A stretch of DNA of 64,000 bases from the human T2T-CHM13v2.0 reference genome, Homo sapiens: the NCBI RefSeq assembly GCF_009914755.1, contig NC_060925.1, one strand, 5' to 3'. Below the pieces are notes generated by a model that had not been told where the DNA came from, did no database searches, and saw nothing but the letters and a program-made list of their open reading frames with translations. Every line of letters starts with the position of its first letter. The stretch's first letter is position 1. The translations under genes were made by a program, and so were the position numbers. Shown here piece by piece: positions 24,896 to 38,959 of the stretch.

Positions 24896-25968
24896 TGCAA
24901 AAGAAAATAAAATTTCAGAACCCTCTAAATTTATTATGCCAAGAGGGAAGTTAAGCCCAGGGGATTGAGTCACTAGCATGTTTGAAATTTCTGCTTCTTA
25001 GGCTATAGATTAACTTTCTCCTTCATTGTTCTTATTCTGTAAATGACTGGAAAAGATTAGAAACCAGACCTACTCCCATTCTAAACTCTGATGTTTGTTA
25101 TAGATTAACTGCCTCCCTTATTGGCCTGTACCTAACTTAGACAAGATGGCACAAAAGACCCCAGGGTTGTTATATCTTTAGTATGAAATGTTAAATATAC
25201 CTTTCCTAAAACAAAAAGACCACCTAAACAAATCAAATCATTGTACTATGCGTTAATCCTTATACAGACAAATTTTGAAATTCTCTTTGGCTTCCCTAAA
25301 CTTTGTCTATATAAACGATCCCAAACTTCTACTTTTTGGAGCACTTGTAAACAGACAGGGAGGGATTATAGGAATTTAGTCAATTAGAGCAATCAGCCTG
25401 TTATACAGCCTTCTACCCTGCAGCCTATTCTTCCCCAAATCCTGGATGGAATGGTTTAAACCATGGTCACCTTGTTGGTTTAAACCAGCTCCTGGAAGAC
25501 CCCAAGCAATTTACAGATAAACCTGAGCTTTCCTCTTGAGCATGCTACAGTCTTCACCTCAGGAGGAGGTATACCTTCGTTACCATAACACGTAGTTTAT
25601 GTGCTGACATGATGACTCACTGTGTCTGCGCAACTGAAACCTCTCCTCTACTTGTGATGATGCCCCTCTTCCCTCTCCTTTGCCCTATAATGCCCTCCTT
25701 TTACCTTTCCCAAGGGGAGACATTGTTTTGAAGAATTTTCCCAGTGTTCCCCTCCTGCCAAGTAATAAAAATCCTATTGATCATAACCTATGCTATCTTG
25801 GAGAGTCTTTTGTTACTTGGTAGGTTAACGAACGCTGGTATTTTGGGGGTAACACACAGACTTCCATTTTTTGGATCTGTTCTTCCTAGACAGCTGTCCT
25901 CAAACTTTGCACTTGAATAAACTCTCTTTAAACTAGATTCTAACCCTTTTGATTATTTTAGTTTGACA
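24896..25968 (+). mobile_element. ERV1 MER4-group solo LTR (MER87-like), split by a nested LTR
   Basis: tgcaaaagaaaataaaatttcagaaccctctaaatttattatgccaag ... gattattttagtttgaca. Perfect 4-bp TSD gact (24892-24895 / 25969-25972). Confidence 0.75.
25346..25854 (+). mobile_element. ERV1 solo LTR (MER84/MER83-like), nested
   Basis: tgtaaacagacagggaggg...ttttgggggtaaca, cctataa, aataaa. Flanks cact/caca. Confidence 0.7.
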
Positions 25969-25989
25969 GACTGAAAATAAATCAATCAA

Positions 25990-26083
25990 CCTTTCTTTCT
26001 TTCACCCTTCTTTCCTTCCTTCTTTCCTTCCTTCCTTCTTTCCTTCCTTCCTTTTCTTCCTGCCTTCTTCTTTTCTTCTTTCT
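25990..26083. repeat. (TTCC)n / CT-rich simple repeat
   Basis: Almost pure pyrimidine tract of ~90 bp. Confidence 0.9.
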
Positions 26084-26351
26084 TACTGTCATCTATCTAT
26101 CTAATCTATACATTTCTGATAAAGTATTTTTGTATAGGATATATATACAACTTTGCACCTAAATAATAATGAGACAAAATAACTCATGGACAGAATATTT
26201 AAGCAGAGTTCAGAAAAGATAAATAAATTCCTACTGCACACATGAAACAAAATGCTCAAAATCATCAGTCATTAGGGAAATGCCAACAACATCAAAATCA
26301 AAAAGATACCACTGCAAATATACTAGATTGTCAAACATTAAAAAGACTAAT

Positions 26352-26667
26352 GGCTAGGTGTGATGACTCACTCTTGCAATCTCAGCACTTTGAGATGCCA
26401 AGGAAAGAAGAAATTGCTTGAGCCCAGGTGTTCCAGACCAGCTTAAGCAACATAGGGAGACCCTGTCTCCACAAATAATTTATGAAAATAGCCGGCTCTG
26501 GTGGCTTGCACCTGTGTTCCCAGCTTCAGGTGGCTGAGGCAGGAGGATCACTTAATCCTGGAGGTTGAGGCTGCAGTGAGTAGCGATTGCGCTACCGTAA
26601 TTCAGCCTGGGCAACAGAGCAAGACCTGGTCTCAAAAAAATAAAAAATAAAAAATAAAAAATAAAAA
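26352..26667 (+). mobile_element. AluJ
   Basis: ttgcttgagcccagg, gcaacatagggagaccctgtctc, ggttgaggctgcagtgag. (A5-6T)n tail. Confidence 0.92.
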
Positions 26668-27034
26668 GATTGAAAACTCCAAACTTTAAAGATAACTGGA
26701 GTAAGTAAAACTCTAATGCATTGCAAGCAAGAATGTCAACGTGTACCATCACAAAGTATTTTGATTGTTTATAAGATTAAAGATACATTTACCATATGAC
26801 TCAGCAATTTCTCTCCTGGCTATTTACACAGGTAAAATAGAAACATATTTCTACACATAATCTTTTACACAAAAATTTAAAGCAGCTTAATGTATAATAG
26901 TTCCAAACTAGTAAAAACTCGAAACTAGAAATAACTCAAATGTCCATCAGCTAGCAAATTGCTAAACAAATTATGGTTTGTTTATACAACTGAACACTAC
27001 TATATATTAATTATGTAACAATAGGAGCGGCTGT

Positions 27035-27594
27035 TGAAGGAAACCAAAATATTTCACCCCAAAATAGACTTATTTAACATATTTTAAGATTTGCTGTTTA
27101 GAAGGCCTGGAAATACAGTAATTGATGAAAATCCGCTTTTTGTTGGGGAGTTTGTTTGTGTCTATAGAGAAAAATCTACAGTGAAGCAGCCAGGCTTTCC
27201 CTGAGACCTTCCCTTGTTCAGATCTAGAAAATATTAACTGAGGGTCTGACACTGTAAAAGTTCTGGAAAAAAAAAAAACATATTTGTCATCTGTTATTTC
27301 TGAGCACTGCTACCTATTAGGTTTCGCCTACATAACAAAACCACTTTTACTAGCCAGGCCTCCTCTTTTCCCCGCTCTCATAGCCTGTTTTGCCAAGTTC
27401 CAAGCCTCTATTCTTTCTGTAACCTCAAGATGGTATGTAAGCCTCTGTATTCCATTGGTTTCGTAGCCCTGTAGTTTTCCTCCATGCTCATTAATAAATT
27501 TGTGTGCTTTTTCTCCTTTTAATCCACCTTTTATTAGTTGATTTTTCAGTGAACCTTGAGAGGGCAAAGGGGAAGTTTTCTCTTGGCCTTTCCA
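27035..27594 (+). mobile_element. MER39/MER34-group ERV1 solo LTR
   Basis: tgaaggaaaccaaaatatttcaccccaaaata ... gagggcaaaggggaagttttctcttggcctttcca. Flanks ctgt/atgt. Confidence 0.75.
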
Positions 27595-28061
27595 ATGTTC
27601 AAAGACTGTATGCAAAGTGAATATAGACACAAAAGAGTATATCCTATATAATTACATTTATAAGAAACTCAGAAAAGAGAAATCTAATTTATAGTGGCAG
27701 CTAGTAAATCAGTTTTGTCTGCGGCTGGGTGAGAAAGGTAGTGATTGACTGGGAAGTGGCGTGAGAAAAGCTTTTGGGACAACGCAGATGTTCCATAATG
27801 TGACTGTGGTTGTAGTCATAACAGAAGTAATTGATATACATAAATACATGTGTATATATTCATCAAAACCTACTGAATTGTACACTTAAAATGTGTACAT
27901 GTTATTGTATGTGAATTATACTTTATTAAAACTGATTAAAAAAATTAAGTCTGCAACTTTTTTTTCCTTCAAGTTCAGCTACATGTGACCTTCTATGGGA
28001 ATCATTGCTTGATTTACACAGGCTGGATACATGGTTCTCTTTGCATTCTTACATCACGTGA

Positions 28062-28377
<316 letters not shown>

Positions 28378-28794
28378 GATTTCCTCCATTTTTTTATGTA
28401 TCACATGCACGGCATCTGTGCCATGATAGTGCTCAACACAGTAGATAATAAATGGTTTCTTAATATTTTTAAATGCTTCATAGTTGCATAAAATAATTAA
28501 GAGGTGATTATAAGGAAACATCTGGCATTTTGGAAAATAATCTTATGCACATAGCTAGGCAAACATATTAACACTCTGCAAAAACAAAAAGGAATTGAAA
28601 TACAGTTGGCCTCAGACAAAGACAGGTATTTACAGATTCACATAAACTGTACAGACCACGGCAGTAGCACTTCATAAATATGAACTCCAATCTATGTCTT
28701 GGTTACTGATTCCTTTATTTGTGTCTGTTCTTTATTTACCCTCTGAAGATTTTTCATTCTGGTAGACTTCAGTAAAACATGATTATCCAATTAA

Positions 28795-29602
<808 letters not shown>

Positions 29603-31318
29603 TATTTAGTTTAGAAACATCCTTAAAAATATTAGATACCACAAATAAATTAATTAGTGCAAAATCATGAATGAAAGAAAGGGAGAAAGGAAGAAAATAA
29701 CATTATGTGATTGATTTGCCTATGACAATTCAAACAATATAATGAATAAAAAAGGAAAAAGTAGGTTATTCTTCTATTTGCATATAGTAGATTACATATA
29801 TTAAAATAATGAGATATAATAAAAGTATAAGAAAATAGTGGAACTGATGGTCATCTATTTTTCTATCACAATTATCTATTGTTATATAGATATGAACAGT
29901 TTCTAGTTGCATAGGTCTGTAATCTACATTCTTGGTCATTTTAGAGTATTGTAATTGACATTGTCATTTCCATGACGTTATTCTAGATACTACTGTGTCT
30001 TCCAAATAATTTTTAATTCATCGAATGATCATCAACATTGTTTTAGTTTTTGAAAAGCACCATATACATGACTATCTTTCAGGTGTAAATAACAGACATC
30101 AATTGTAATAATAAAAATCTATAGCTATTTTAGGGCAAAATTTTGTGTTTCCTAATGTAGGTATATGTATTTCAAATAGGTAGATATTTGTATAGTTATA
30201 AGAATAAGTTGGTATAATTACTATGATACAGTGAAGAAAATTAGCCAGTCTTAATTAAAAAGTGTATGTATGTGGCTTCATCTATTTCTACTGCACATTA
30301 ATATTATATTTTCCTAGACTTGGCATTCATTAGATTTTACTTATTTTTTGTCCAGAGCTTATGCAAGTGAAATGAAAGGCTCTGAGCACAGCTTCTACCA
30401 TGCACAAAACATCTGCGATTATTGCCACTATGTAGCTGATGGACCATAAAGCATGATGCTTTTGAAAGGCCAAGTATAAAGCAGAGCTGTTAAAATGTAT
30501 CACACCATTTTATAGATTAAGAAAGTGTTAAATGATATGGTATTTTATATGATATTTGAAAGATGCCACAACAATTAGACAAAATGACCCCATAAAGCAT
30601 TTGTTAGGTTTAAAAAAGCAGCCCCTCATAATTTAAATCACTTGTTTGACATTTTACACAAAACCCAGGGGCAAATCTCATTTTTATGGGAAGAAAAATT
30701 ATCAAATTCCTTGCACATTCCTCTCTTGATTCAAGAAGATCTATTGAATGTGAAGGAGAACAGTCTTGTAGGTCCAACAAACTTGGCCAAATTGTATACT
30801 GCCCAGAATTGACTTATAAAATTTCCTGGAGGTCAATTAAGTTATTTGAAAATGAATATACAGGTGGAGATGAAGATTTAATGTATGATATCAGGCACAC
30901 AACAAATATTTTTTCAAAGCTCCCAGGACTGCAATATAAAAATTGGAATATTTTAGTGGTTGTAATTGAGTGTGGTGGCACTGTATACTGCATGGAAAGT
31001 GGCTTTTTGGGTTTGGCTTTTTGTTGGGTTTGGTTTGTTTTATTTTAGGAATCAGTTATGCCAATTTTGGAATTCTCAGACTTTCATTTTTAGGCATCTA
31101 AAAGTAAAACTTAATGCATTCAGATATTTGTCATTAATGAAGTGAAATAATATATTTGAAATAAAACAATAGCAATTATTTTTAATAAACATAATTATGT
31201 TCTCATCACATTAAAAATTTTCCAATATAAATATTTTACTTGCATAACATTTTATAATTTATAAATCCATTCATATATTGTGCTATAGATTACTTTTGGA
31301 TTTTTGGATTATCCCTAA

Positions 31319-31623
31319 TTTTTTTTTTTTTTTTTTGAGACAAGGTCTTGTTCTTGCTCTGTCACCTGTGCTGGAGTGCTCGGCTCACTGTAGCTTCTGC
31401 CTGCCAGGCATAAGTGATCCTCCCTTCTCAGCCTCCTGAGTAGCTGGGACTACAGGCGTGCACACCACACCTAGTGTGTGTGTGTGTTTGTGTGTTTTTT
31501 TTGTAGAGACAGGGTTTCACCCTGTTGCCCAGTCTGCTTTTGAACTCAGATGAGTTCCGATGGTCTGCAGTCCTCAGCCTCCCAAAGTGCTGGGATTATA
31601 GGTGTGAGCCACCATTCCTGGCC
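31319..31623 (-). mobile_element. AluJ-type, with small deletions and (TG)n in the linker
   Basis: Poly-T, gagacaaggtcttg, gtagctgggactacaggcgtg, cctcccaaagtgctgggattataggtgtgagcc. Confidence 0.9.
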
Positions 31624-31786
31624 CTTAATTGCCTTTTTTTCTACTCTCCAGATTCCCTGTTCATTCTGGGAGACACAAAACTCCACATGTATAATAGAAT
31701 CCATATCATTCTGTCACATGGCTTTGATTTCTTCATATTTAATATTTTCATATCACTCTAATTTAGCCATATTTTCTCATAATTAT

Positions 31787-31999
31787 TGTATTAGTTCCTT
31801 AGGGATGCTGTAATAAATTACCACAGTTTTTCTGGCTTAAAACAACAGAAAGTTTATCCTCACCGTTCTAGAGGTCAGAAATCCAAAATCAAGATATTGC
31901 AGTGCTACACTCCTCTGAAGTCTGAAGGAGAGAATCCTTTCTTGCCCCATCCACATTCTAGTGGCTCCAGGAATTCATTGGCTTGAAACTGCGTAATTC
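31787..31999 (-). mobile_element. MLT1B/C-like LTR, half only
   Basis: tgtattagttccttagggatgctgtaataaattaccac...ggcttaaaacaacagaaa...ggtcagaaatccaaaatcaag. Cut off at an Alu-tail stub (T17-gagacag, 32000-32023). Confidence 0.8.
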
Positions 32000-32503
32000 T
32001 TTTTTTTTTTTTTTTTGAGACAGCATTTATCTTTTTTCTACCAAGCTAAAATTCTATGACTCATCACATAAATTCTTTTCCAATAAATGTTTCTTTCATC
32101 ATTATATTGCAAATACTTAGTAAATCTCTGACCTTAAAACAATTTAACCAACTGTTCTGACTGCACACAGGATTCTCAGAGCTGCTGAATTAAAGTGTGT
32201 GCATACACACACATACACATGCACATACACACCCCACTGCATTCTTAGGAACTCATGATTTCCAATGCAACCACGCTATCAGTGCTTTATGGCAATCCAT
32301 TTATATTTTTCTAATTAATGCTCTTAATCTATAGTCATTATTTTTAACCTTCATTTTTTTTCAATTACCTAAGATCTTCTGGTGCCCTTTCAAACTCAAT
32401 TTCCTTCAGTAAAATCTGTTATGCTAACCTGACCCCTACCTTCCAGTTACAGTGGAACGGGCATCCTTTACCTTTTACTGCAACCTGTGCTTTTCATTCA
32501 CAG

Positions 32504-33010
32504 TGTTTCCGGGAGCCTCAGGACCACATCAAGTTTCAGCAATTCACTAGAAGGGCTCCTAAGACTCAGTATATAATTAAACTCATGGTTATGATTTACT
32601 ACAGAAGATAGGATACACAGGAACATTAGCAAAAGAAAAAGGGAAGGGGGTAAAGTTCAGAGGAAACCAGGCACAAGCTTCTAAGAGTCCCTTTTCAGTG
32701 AAGTTACACCAGACACCCTTAATTCCTCTAGCAATGAGTTGTGATGACATGTGAGAAATGTCTGTGTACCAGAGAAACTCATTAGGAACTCAGTGCTAAG
32801 TATTTTTTGTTGGGGGCTGGTGACACACAGGCACTCCTTTCCTAACGTGTCGAAATTTCAGACTACTAGAAGAAAAGTAGGTCTTCATCATAAACCATAT
32901 TGTTTGAACAAAGGTCTTAGGCATTGTGAGCCAAGCTGATTATTCCTGAGAATGGTGGGAACCCTCCTGATATCCATATTCCCTGATGCCAGCCGAGGGC
33001 CAAACTTGTA
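32504..33010 (-). mobile_element. MER77-like (MER21-group) LTR
   Basis: aattcactagaagggctc...agaggaaaccaggcacaagcttc...gaatggtgggaaccctcc...gatgccagccgagggcca. Confidence 0.7.
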
Positions 33011-33059
33011 AACTTTGTAGAACTTTGTAGGACTGTCATTTCATGCCTTTCCTTTTCTG

Positions 33060-33625
33060 AATGTGTGGTCTTCCTTTCTTTCCTCAGGAGGCTTGCCCTT
33101 TATCTATTAGCTTCTTTATTTCCTATACTTCTCTGCTACTACACTCTGTTCCTCTCTTTTTGTATTCCAAACAGCATTCAAGCAATCTCAGGTCTTTCAC
33201 ACCTTAGGAGATGAGACTAAAAATTCCATCAACTCATGTTTTTCATGAGCTATTACTATGTTCATCTTTACACATAAAAATATTGAAAGAATCCTCAACC
33301 TTGCAACTTGCACTTAACTCTTATTCACCCAACCACTGTCACACTCTATCCATAAATATCTCATTGTAATTGCTTTACTATAAATCACCCACTGATAAAT
33401 CAATCACTGATGAGTGATGTTCTCATTGCTAGATAAACCCAAAACTTTGATCATTTTAATCTGCCAGCAGTAGGTAAACTGTTGACTTTGCGTTCCCTTG
33501 AGATTGTTTTGTTTCTCTCCCATCTCTCAAATCTCTTCTCAGGGATCTCTTTCTCTGTTCATCCCCTAAATGTTGACTTGGCATAGTACTTTGTTTAAGC
33601 CCACTTAATGCCTCAATAGATTGAC
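33060..33625 (+). mobile_element. LINE-2 fragment (probably continuing ~32030-32500)
   Basis: Pyrimidine-rich L2-like sequence: ctgccagcagtaggtaaactgttgac...tctgttcatcccctaaatgttg. Confidence 0.5.
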
Positions 33626-33920
33626 AGGCTATTCTTTGCTGTCCATGGATAAGATGTTGCCATGTAGATGAACATACCTTGATTGATTTTAAAAAATGTA
33701 ACTAACCTAAATTTCTCATGTGCTAAAAACATTTATTAGGAAGCTATTTGGTAAAAGGGCATACCCTTATTTACTTTTTTTAAATCTATCTTAAGATCAG
33801 ACATTCCCCAGCCAAATCTAGTAGACAACCGCCACAGGAATTGGTCCCTGTCCATTTCTGGGATCTCGTCCAGACATCTGATTAATCAGATTCTGTTTGC
33901 CAGGCTTTGTATTAGCCACT

Positions 33921-34620
33921 TGTGGCAGACACATTTAATTGCTTACACAGTCTTCTTTTCCCTTTTCTCCTTACTAACAGTAGGGACTTCTGAGTGATTA
34001 TGCAGTTTCTATAATGCACATCTCCAGGGCACCTCATGTGCAACAAGGTAACCCTGGAACATGATCCCTATTTTATTTAAGGCAGCAATAAACCTAGCTC
34101 AAGGCTTAAACAACTGAACCCATAAATCAGTATTTTTAAAGCTCTTTGGATGATTCTAATGCCTGCTAAATTTAAGAAATACTGTCAAAATTAAGTGTGA
34201 TGATATCATTCCCCAGCTTCCTAGACTTTGAATAGCTAGGAGTGACCAATCTGGACCAAAAAGTCTGTAAAATAGCCGTCTGGGTGATGTTCTAAAAAAA
34301 CTGTTGCTTTCTTGATTAAAAATGGAGTGCAAACTGCTCATATGGTCTTTTCCTTTAGTCTCTCTGTGTCCTTTCAAGCCAGATATGTTTGGAACTGAAG
34401 CGTTCATTTTAAAACCATCAGGCAATGAAGATAATGATGAAAGTCAGCACATTAAGAACGGCAGAGCAGAAGATGGGAAAAGCCTGTGTCTTTAATTGCA
34501 TTGTTAAGCAACTGAACCAACTCTCTACCTATAAACTTCTTGGGTAAGAAAAAGAAACTCCTTTCTTTAAGCCACCATTAATCATGAGTTGCATTATTTA
34601 CAGCTTTGAAGAATCATTAT
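33921..34620 (+). mobile_element. Old MLT1 (I/J-like) LTR with a MER5-like fragment at ~34110-34185
   Basis: tgtggcagacac start, ggcagagcagaagatgggaaaagcctgtgtctttaat. MER5-like end gatgattctaatgcctgctaaatttaagaaatactg. Confidence 0.6.
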
Positions 34621-34851
34621 TTGGCTCTTCTCATATTAGTTGGTGTAAACTGGGAATTCCCTATGTAAGGAGATTCCATCCTTTAACAGTACTGCATGCA
34701 GGAAAGTAACAATCAGTTGTCATCAGCTTACACATGCAGAGACATGTTGCAAACATATATGGCCCTTGATATTCGGTAGTAGGAACTGAAGCAGCCTCCT
34801 AATTGTGAATCTGCCCTGCATTCAGGGATTCTTAAGAATAGTAGAATTAGT

Positions 34852-35096
34852 AATAATAATATAATATCCAATATTTATCAAGCACTTATATACCAGTTAC
34901 ACACTAAACACTTCATATGCATTATTTCCATCTAATTCTGACAACCATTCATTTTATTTTCTCCATTATAGACATATAGGAATGAAAGCTTGGAAAGAGT
35001 AAAATTAGCTTTCCCATAGTTTGACAGCTGTTAAGTGCTGTAGTTAGAAATTAAACATAGATATTTTGGATTCACAGGCTGTACTCTTAATCACTA
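34852..35096 (-). mobile_element. MIR SINE
   Basis: atatttatcaagcacttat...catatgcattatttcc...gtactcttaatcacta. Confidence 0.7.
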
Positions 35097-35589
35097 AGAA
35101 CTTCCGTATCCTTATCTAGCCCAAGCTTATTCTATAAATTCTAGAACAATGTGTAGCTGTGTACTAGACACTTCCAATAATAATTTCAAATGATGTAAAA
35201 GAAATATATATAACCCCAAAACTAAGCATCCATTTTGAAATAAATTGAGTTCTAACCTTTACACATTTGTCTGAACAAAAAATGTTTCTTCCATCTTATA
35301 TTCCTGCTTATAGATTCCTCATATCCAATCAATCATAAAGTCACATAGATTAATGATTTTTGTCTTTTAATATGATTACATAAAAGGTAGTAAAATCAGT
35401 TGAGTGGATCATAGTGAATATTTTAAAAATACAATAGAAAATGTTAGAATAACATAATATTGTCTGAAACTTTCTTTTTACAGATACACCTATAAGTGTG
35501 TGTGTGTGTGTGTGTATGTGTGTATGTAGTGAGAAGTGATATTAAATACATTTTCTAAATACTTTAGGTTGTGGCAAAAAAATATTTAT

Positions 35590-36825
<1,236 letters not shown>

Positions 36826-36830
<5 letters not shown>

Positions 36831-36950
36831 TCAATAAGTATAAATGGAGTATCTTTCATGTGTCAGCCAGTATGCTAAGCACTAGAGATACAAAGGTGAA
36901 CAAAATTATCAGTATTCATGCTTTCAATGAGCTTGAATTCTAGTAGAGGG
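36826..36950 (-). mobile_element. LINE-2 3' tail, opposite orientation
   Basis: tttattcaataagtat...atgtgtcagccagtatgctaagcactagagatacaaaggtgaacaaaa...gagcttgaattctagt. Confidence 0.7.
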
Positions 36951-37362
36951 TAGCAAGAAAAAATGTAATTCATGTGACTCAAATTGAGGTTAAAGGCTTT
37001 ATTCACCTGATATGAATTAAAGGAGCAGCTGAAGACTAAGTAATTTCCCGAGCCAAAGCATGCCTCAAATTTTATAGGGCAAAGAAGAGAGAAAGTGAGT
37101 GCGTCATTGTGCTCTGGCTCAGCTTGCAGTTTTGCTCATCTAAAAGTGCTGGAAACTTTTTGATTGTTCCAGTTTTCTGCCCTTTCTTTGAGATTATTGG
37201 TGCAATCTCAAAATAGTTCCTTCCAGAGATGTTTTTGTAAGCTTTGTAGGGATCAGGTGAGGAAGAGGTAGGCAAGAAAGAAAGTAAAGGAAGGGAATAA
37301 GGAAGGGGGAAGAAGAGGGAGAGAAGACATGCATCTACCATTTCTGATTTATTTTACAAATG

Positions 37363-37595
37363 ATAATTATTCACATTTTTCTGAGTGCTTTACAAAATCA
37401 TTTCCTTATTGTGCTAAGTGCTTTATAAAATCTGATCATTTAATACAACCACCCCATTAGGAGGGTTATAGATGAGAAGACTGAGTCATGGAGAGGTTAA
37501 TTAACCTGTCCAGGGTTATATATCTAAAAAGTTGCAGAACTGCAGAACCAGACTGTGAGAGAACCTATGCTCTTACTCACCAAAATTAACTGCTC
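37363..37595 (-). mobile_element. MIR SINE
   Basis: tagatgagaagactgagtcatggagaggttaattaacctgtccagggtta. Confidence 0.75.
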
Positions 37596-38199
37596 CTCAA
37601 TAAATAATTATTGAAAAAAATAAATAACAAGTATTTTTCCCTTAGAAGCTAGAAACAAATGCTCTTAAAACCCACAACACTAATCAGGTATTTTACTGAC
37701 AACCTAGTTTTAAGAAGCTAATCTGAGCACTGCTGCACAGAATCTACTTAGTATTCATGATTTGAGGACTTATTCCAATCTCCCTAGGATTCTTCTCTAA
37801 AAGACTGTCTAAGGAATACTAATATAAATGAGAATTATTTTATATCTTCCAGCTTAAAATGGAAAGCATAATACTATATAAATAAAATATTATAGATAGT
37901 ACTTTACTGAACATAAAGACAATTGTTCTTTTTTATTATATCATTAATAGGCATTTAAATTTCCTGCTTGAAGAAAAAATGTTAAATGAACTAGTAATAT
38001 TTGAGTTTAATTTTAATGCAAAATATGCTTCCACATCAAATAAAATGTATGTTAATGAGCCTAGCTCATTCTATCCTACTCTCAGAGAGTCTATCTTCAG
38101 ATAATATGGAATTCTTCTTAGTCTGACACAGAGACTGAGAAGGAACCACTAAATTCAATATGTAGAGTTTGGTGGCACAATGCATCCCCTGAACTTGTA

Positions 38200-38565
38200 A
38201 TGCAATATAGTATAAAGTGAGGAAGAATAATAATCTGGAAACCTAAATTCTGGTTTTATTTTTGCTATTTGCCTGAAGTTATTTAGGTAAGATGCTTGAC
38301 TTTACTTACCTTTTTGAAAAATGGGTGAATTATAACTGTTTTCCTGTATCCTAAGAGGCTGAAAATCTTCTATAAGATGTAAAAGAGTCTTATATACTTT
38401 AATAAGCTTATAATTATATACACATAGAAATAAAATTACAAGATTATATATCTCTCTAAGGAGACTTGAAGAAAGACTTTTAACCATTTAGAATCTAGTT
38501 TTCTCATTTGTAAAATAAATGTATCATCTAGATTACCATTAATGCTATTTTGAACTCTAACTTTC
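38200..38565 (+). mobile_element. Two degenerate MIR/MIR3 fragments
   Basis: Core-like tagttttctcatttgtaaaat (~38497) and aggtaagatgcttgac...aaaaatggg (~38285). Confidence 0.45.
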
Positions 38566-38959
38566 CAGGTATACAAATAAGAGGACCATATAACTTTGAG
38601 CAGAAACATTAGGGTGAAAGAGTGGTTTGGTTCACTGTGTTTCTACAAGCTTCTCATTGCTGGTCCAACTGCTCCCCCCAGGCTTCACACTAAACTATAT
38701 CTCAACCTTTTCTCACTTCAGTAATTCCCCCTTGTGAGTGTCAGAATCATTCAAAAAGGCAAATGTGGCAATACAAGTTCTCTTCTGTTTTACAAGTAAA
38801 TTTTTTACCACAGAGGAAAGTTTGAATTTTTTAGTAGAGCATTAAGAGCTCTCCATATTATGCATGCATTTCTAGTACCATCTACTACAAGTTTCTAACC
38901 TTAGCATTTGAGGTAACATTTTGTAGAGTCTTAAAGACCATAGTAAAAAAAGTTTACTT

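Noticed and set aside
30686-31048. 120-aa ATG-initiated ORF in non-repeat DNA
   Set aside because: No recognisable domain, no supporting promoter or splice context, and it ends in a GT-rich low-complexity tract.
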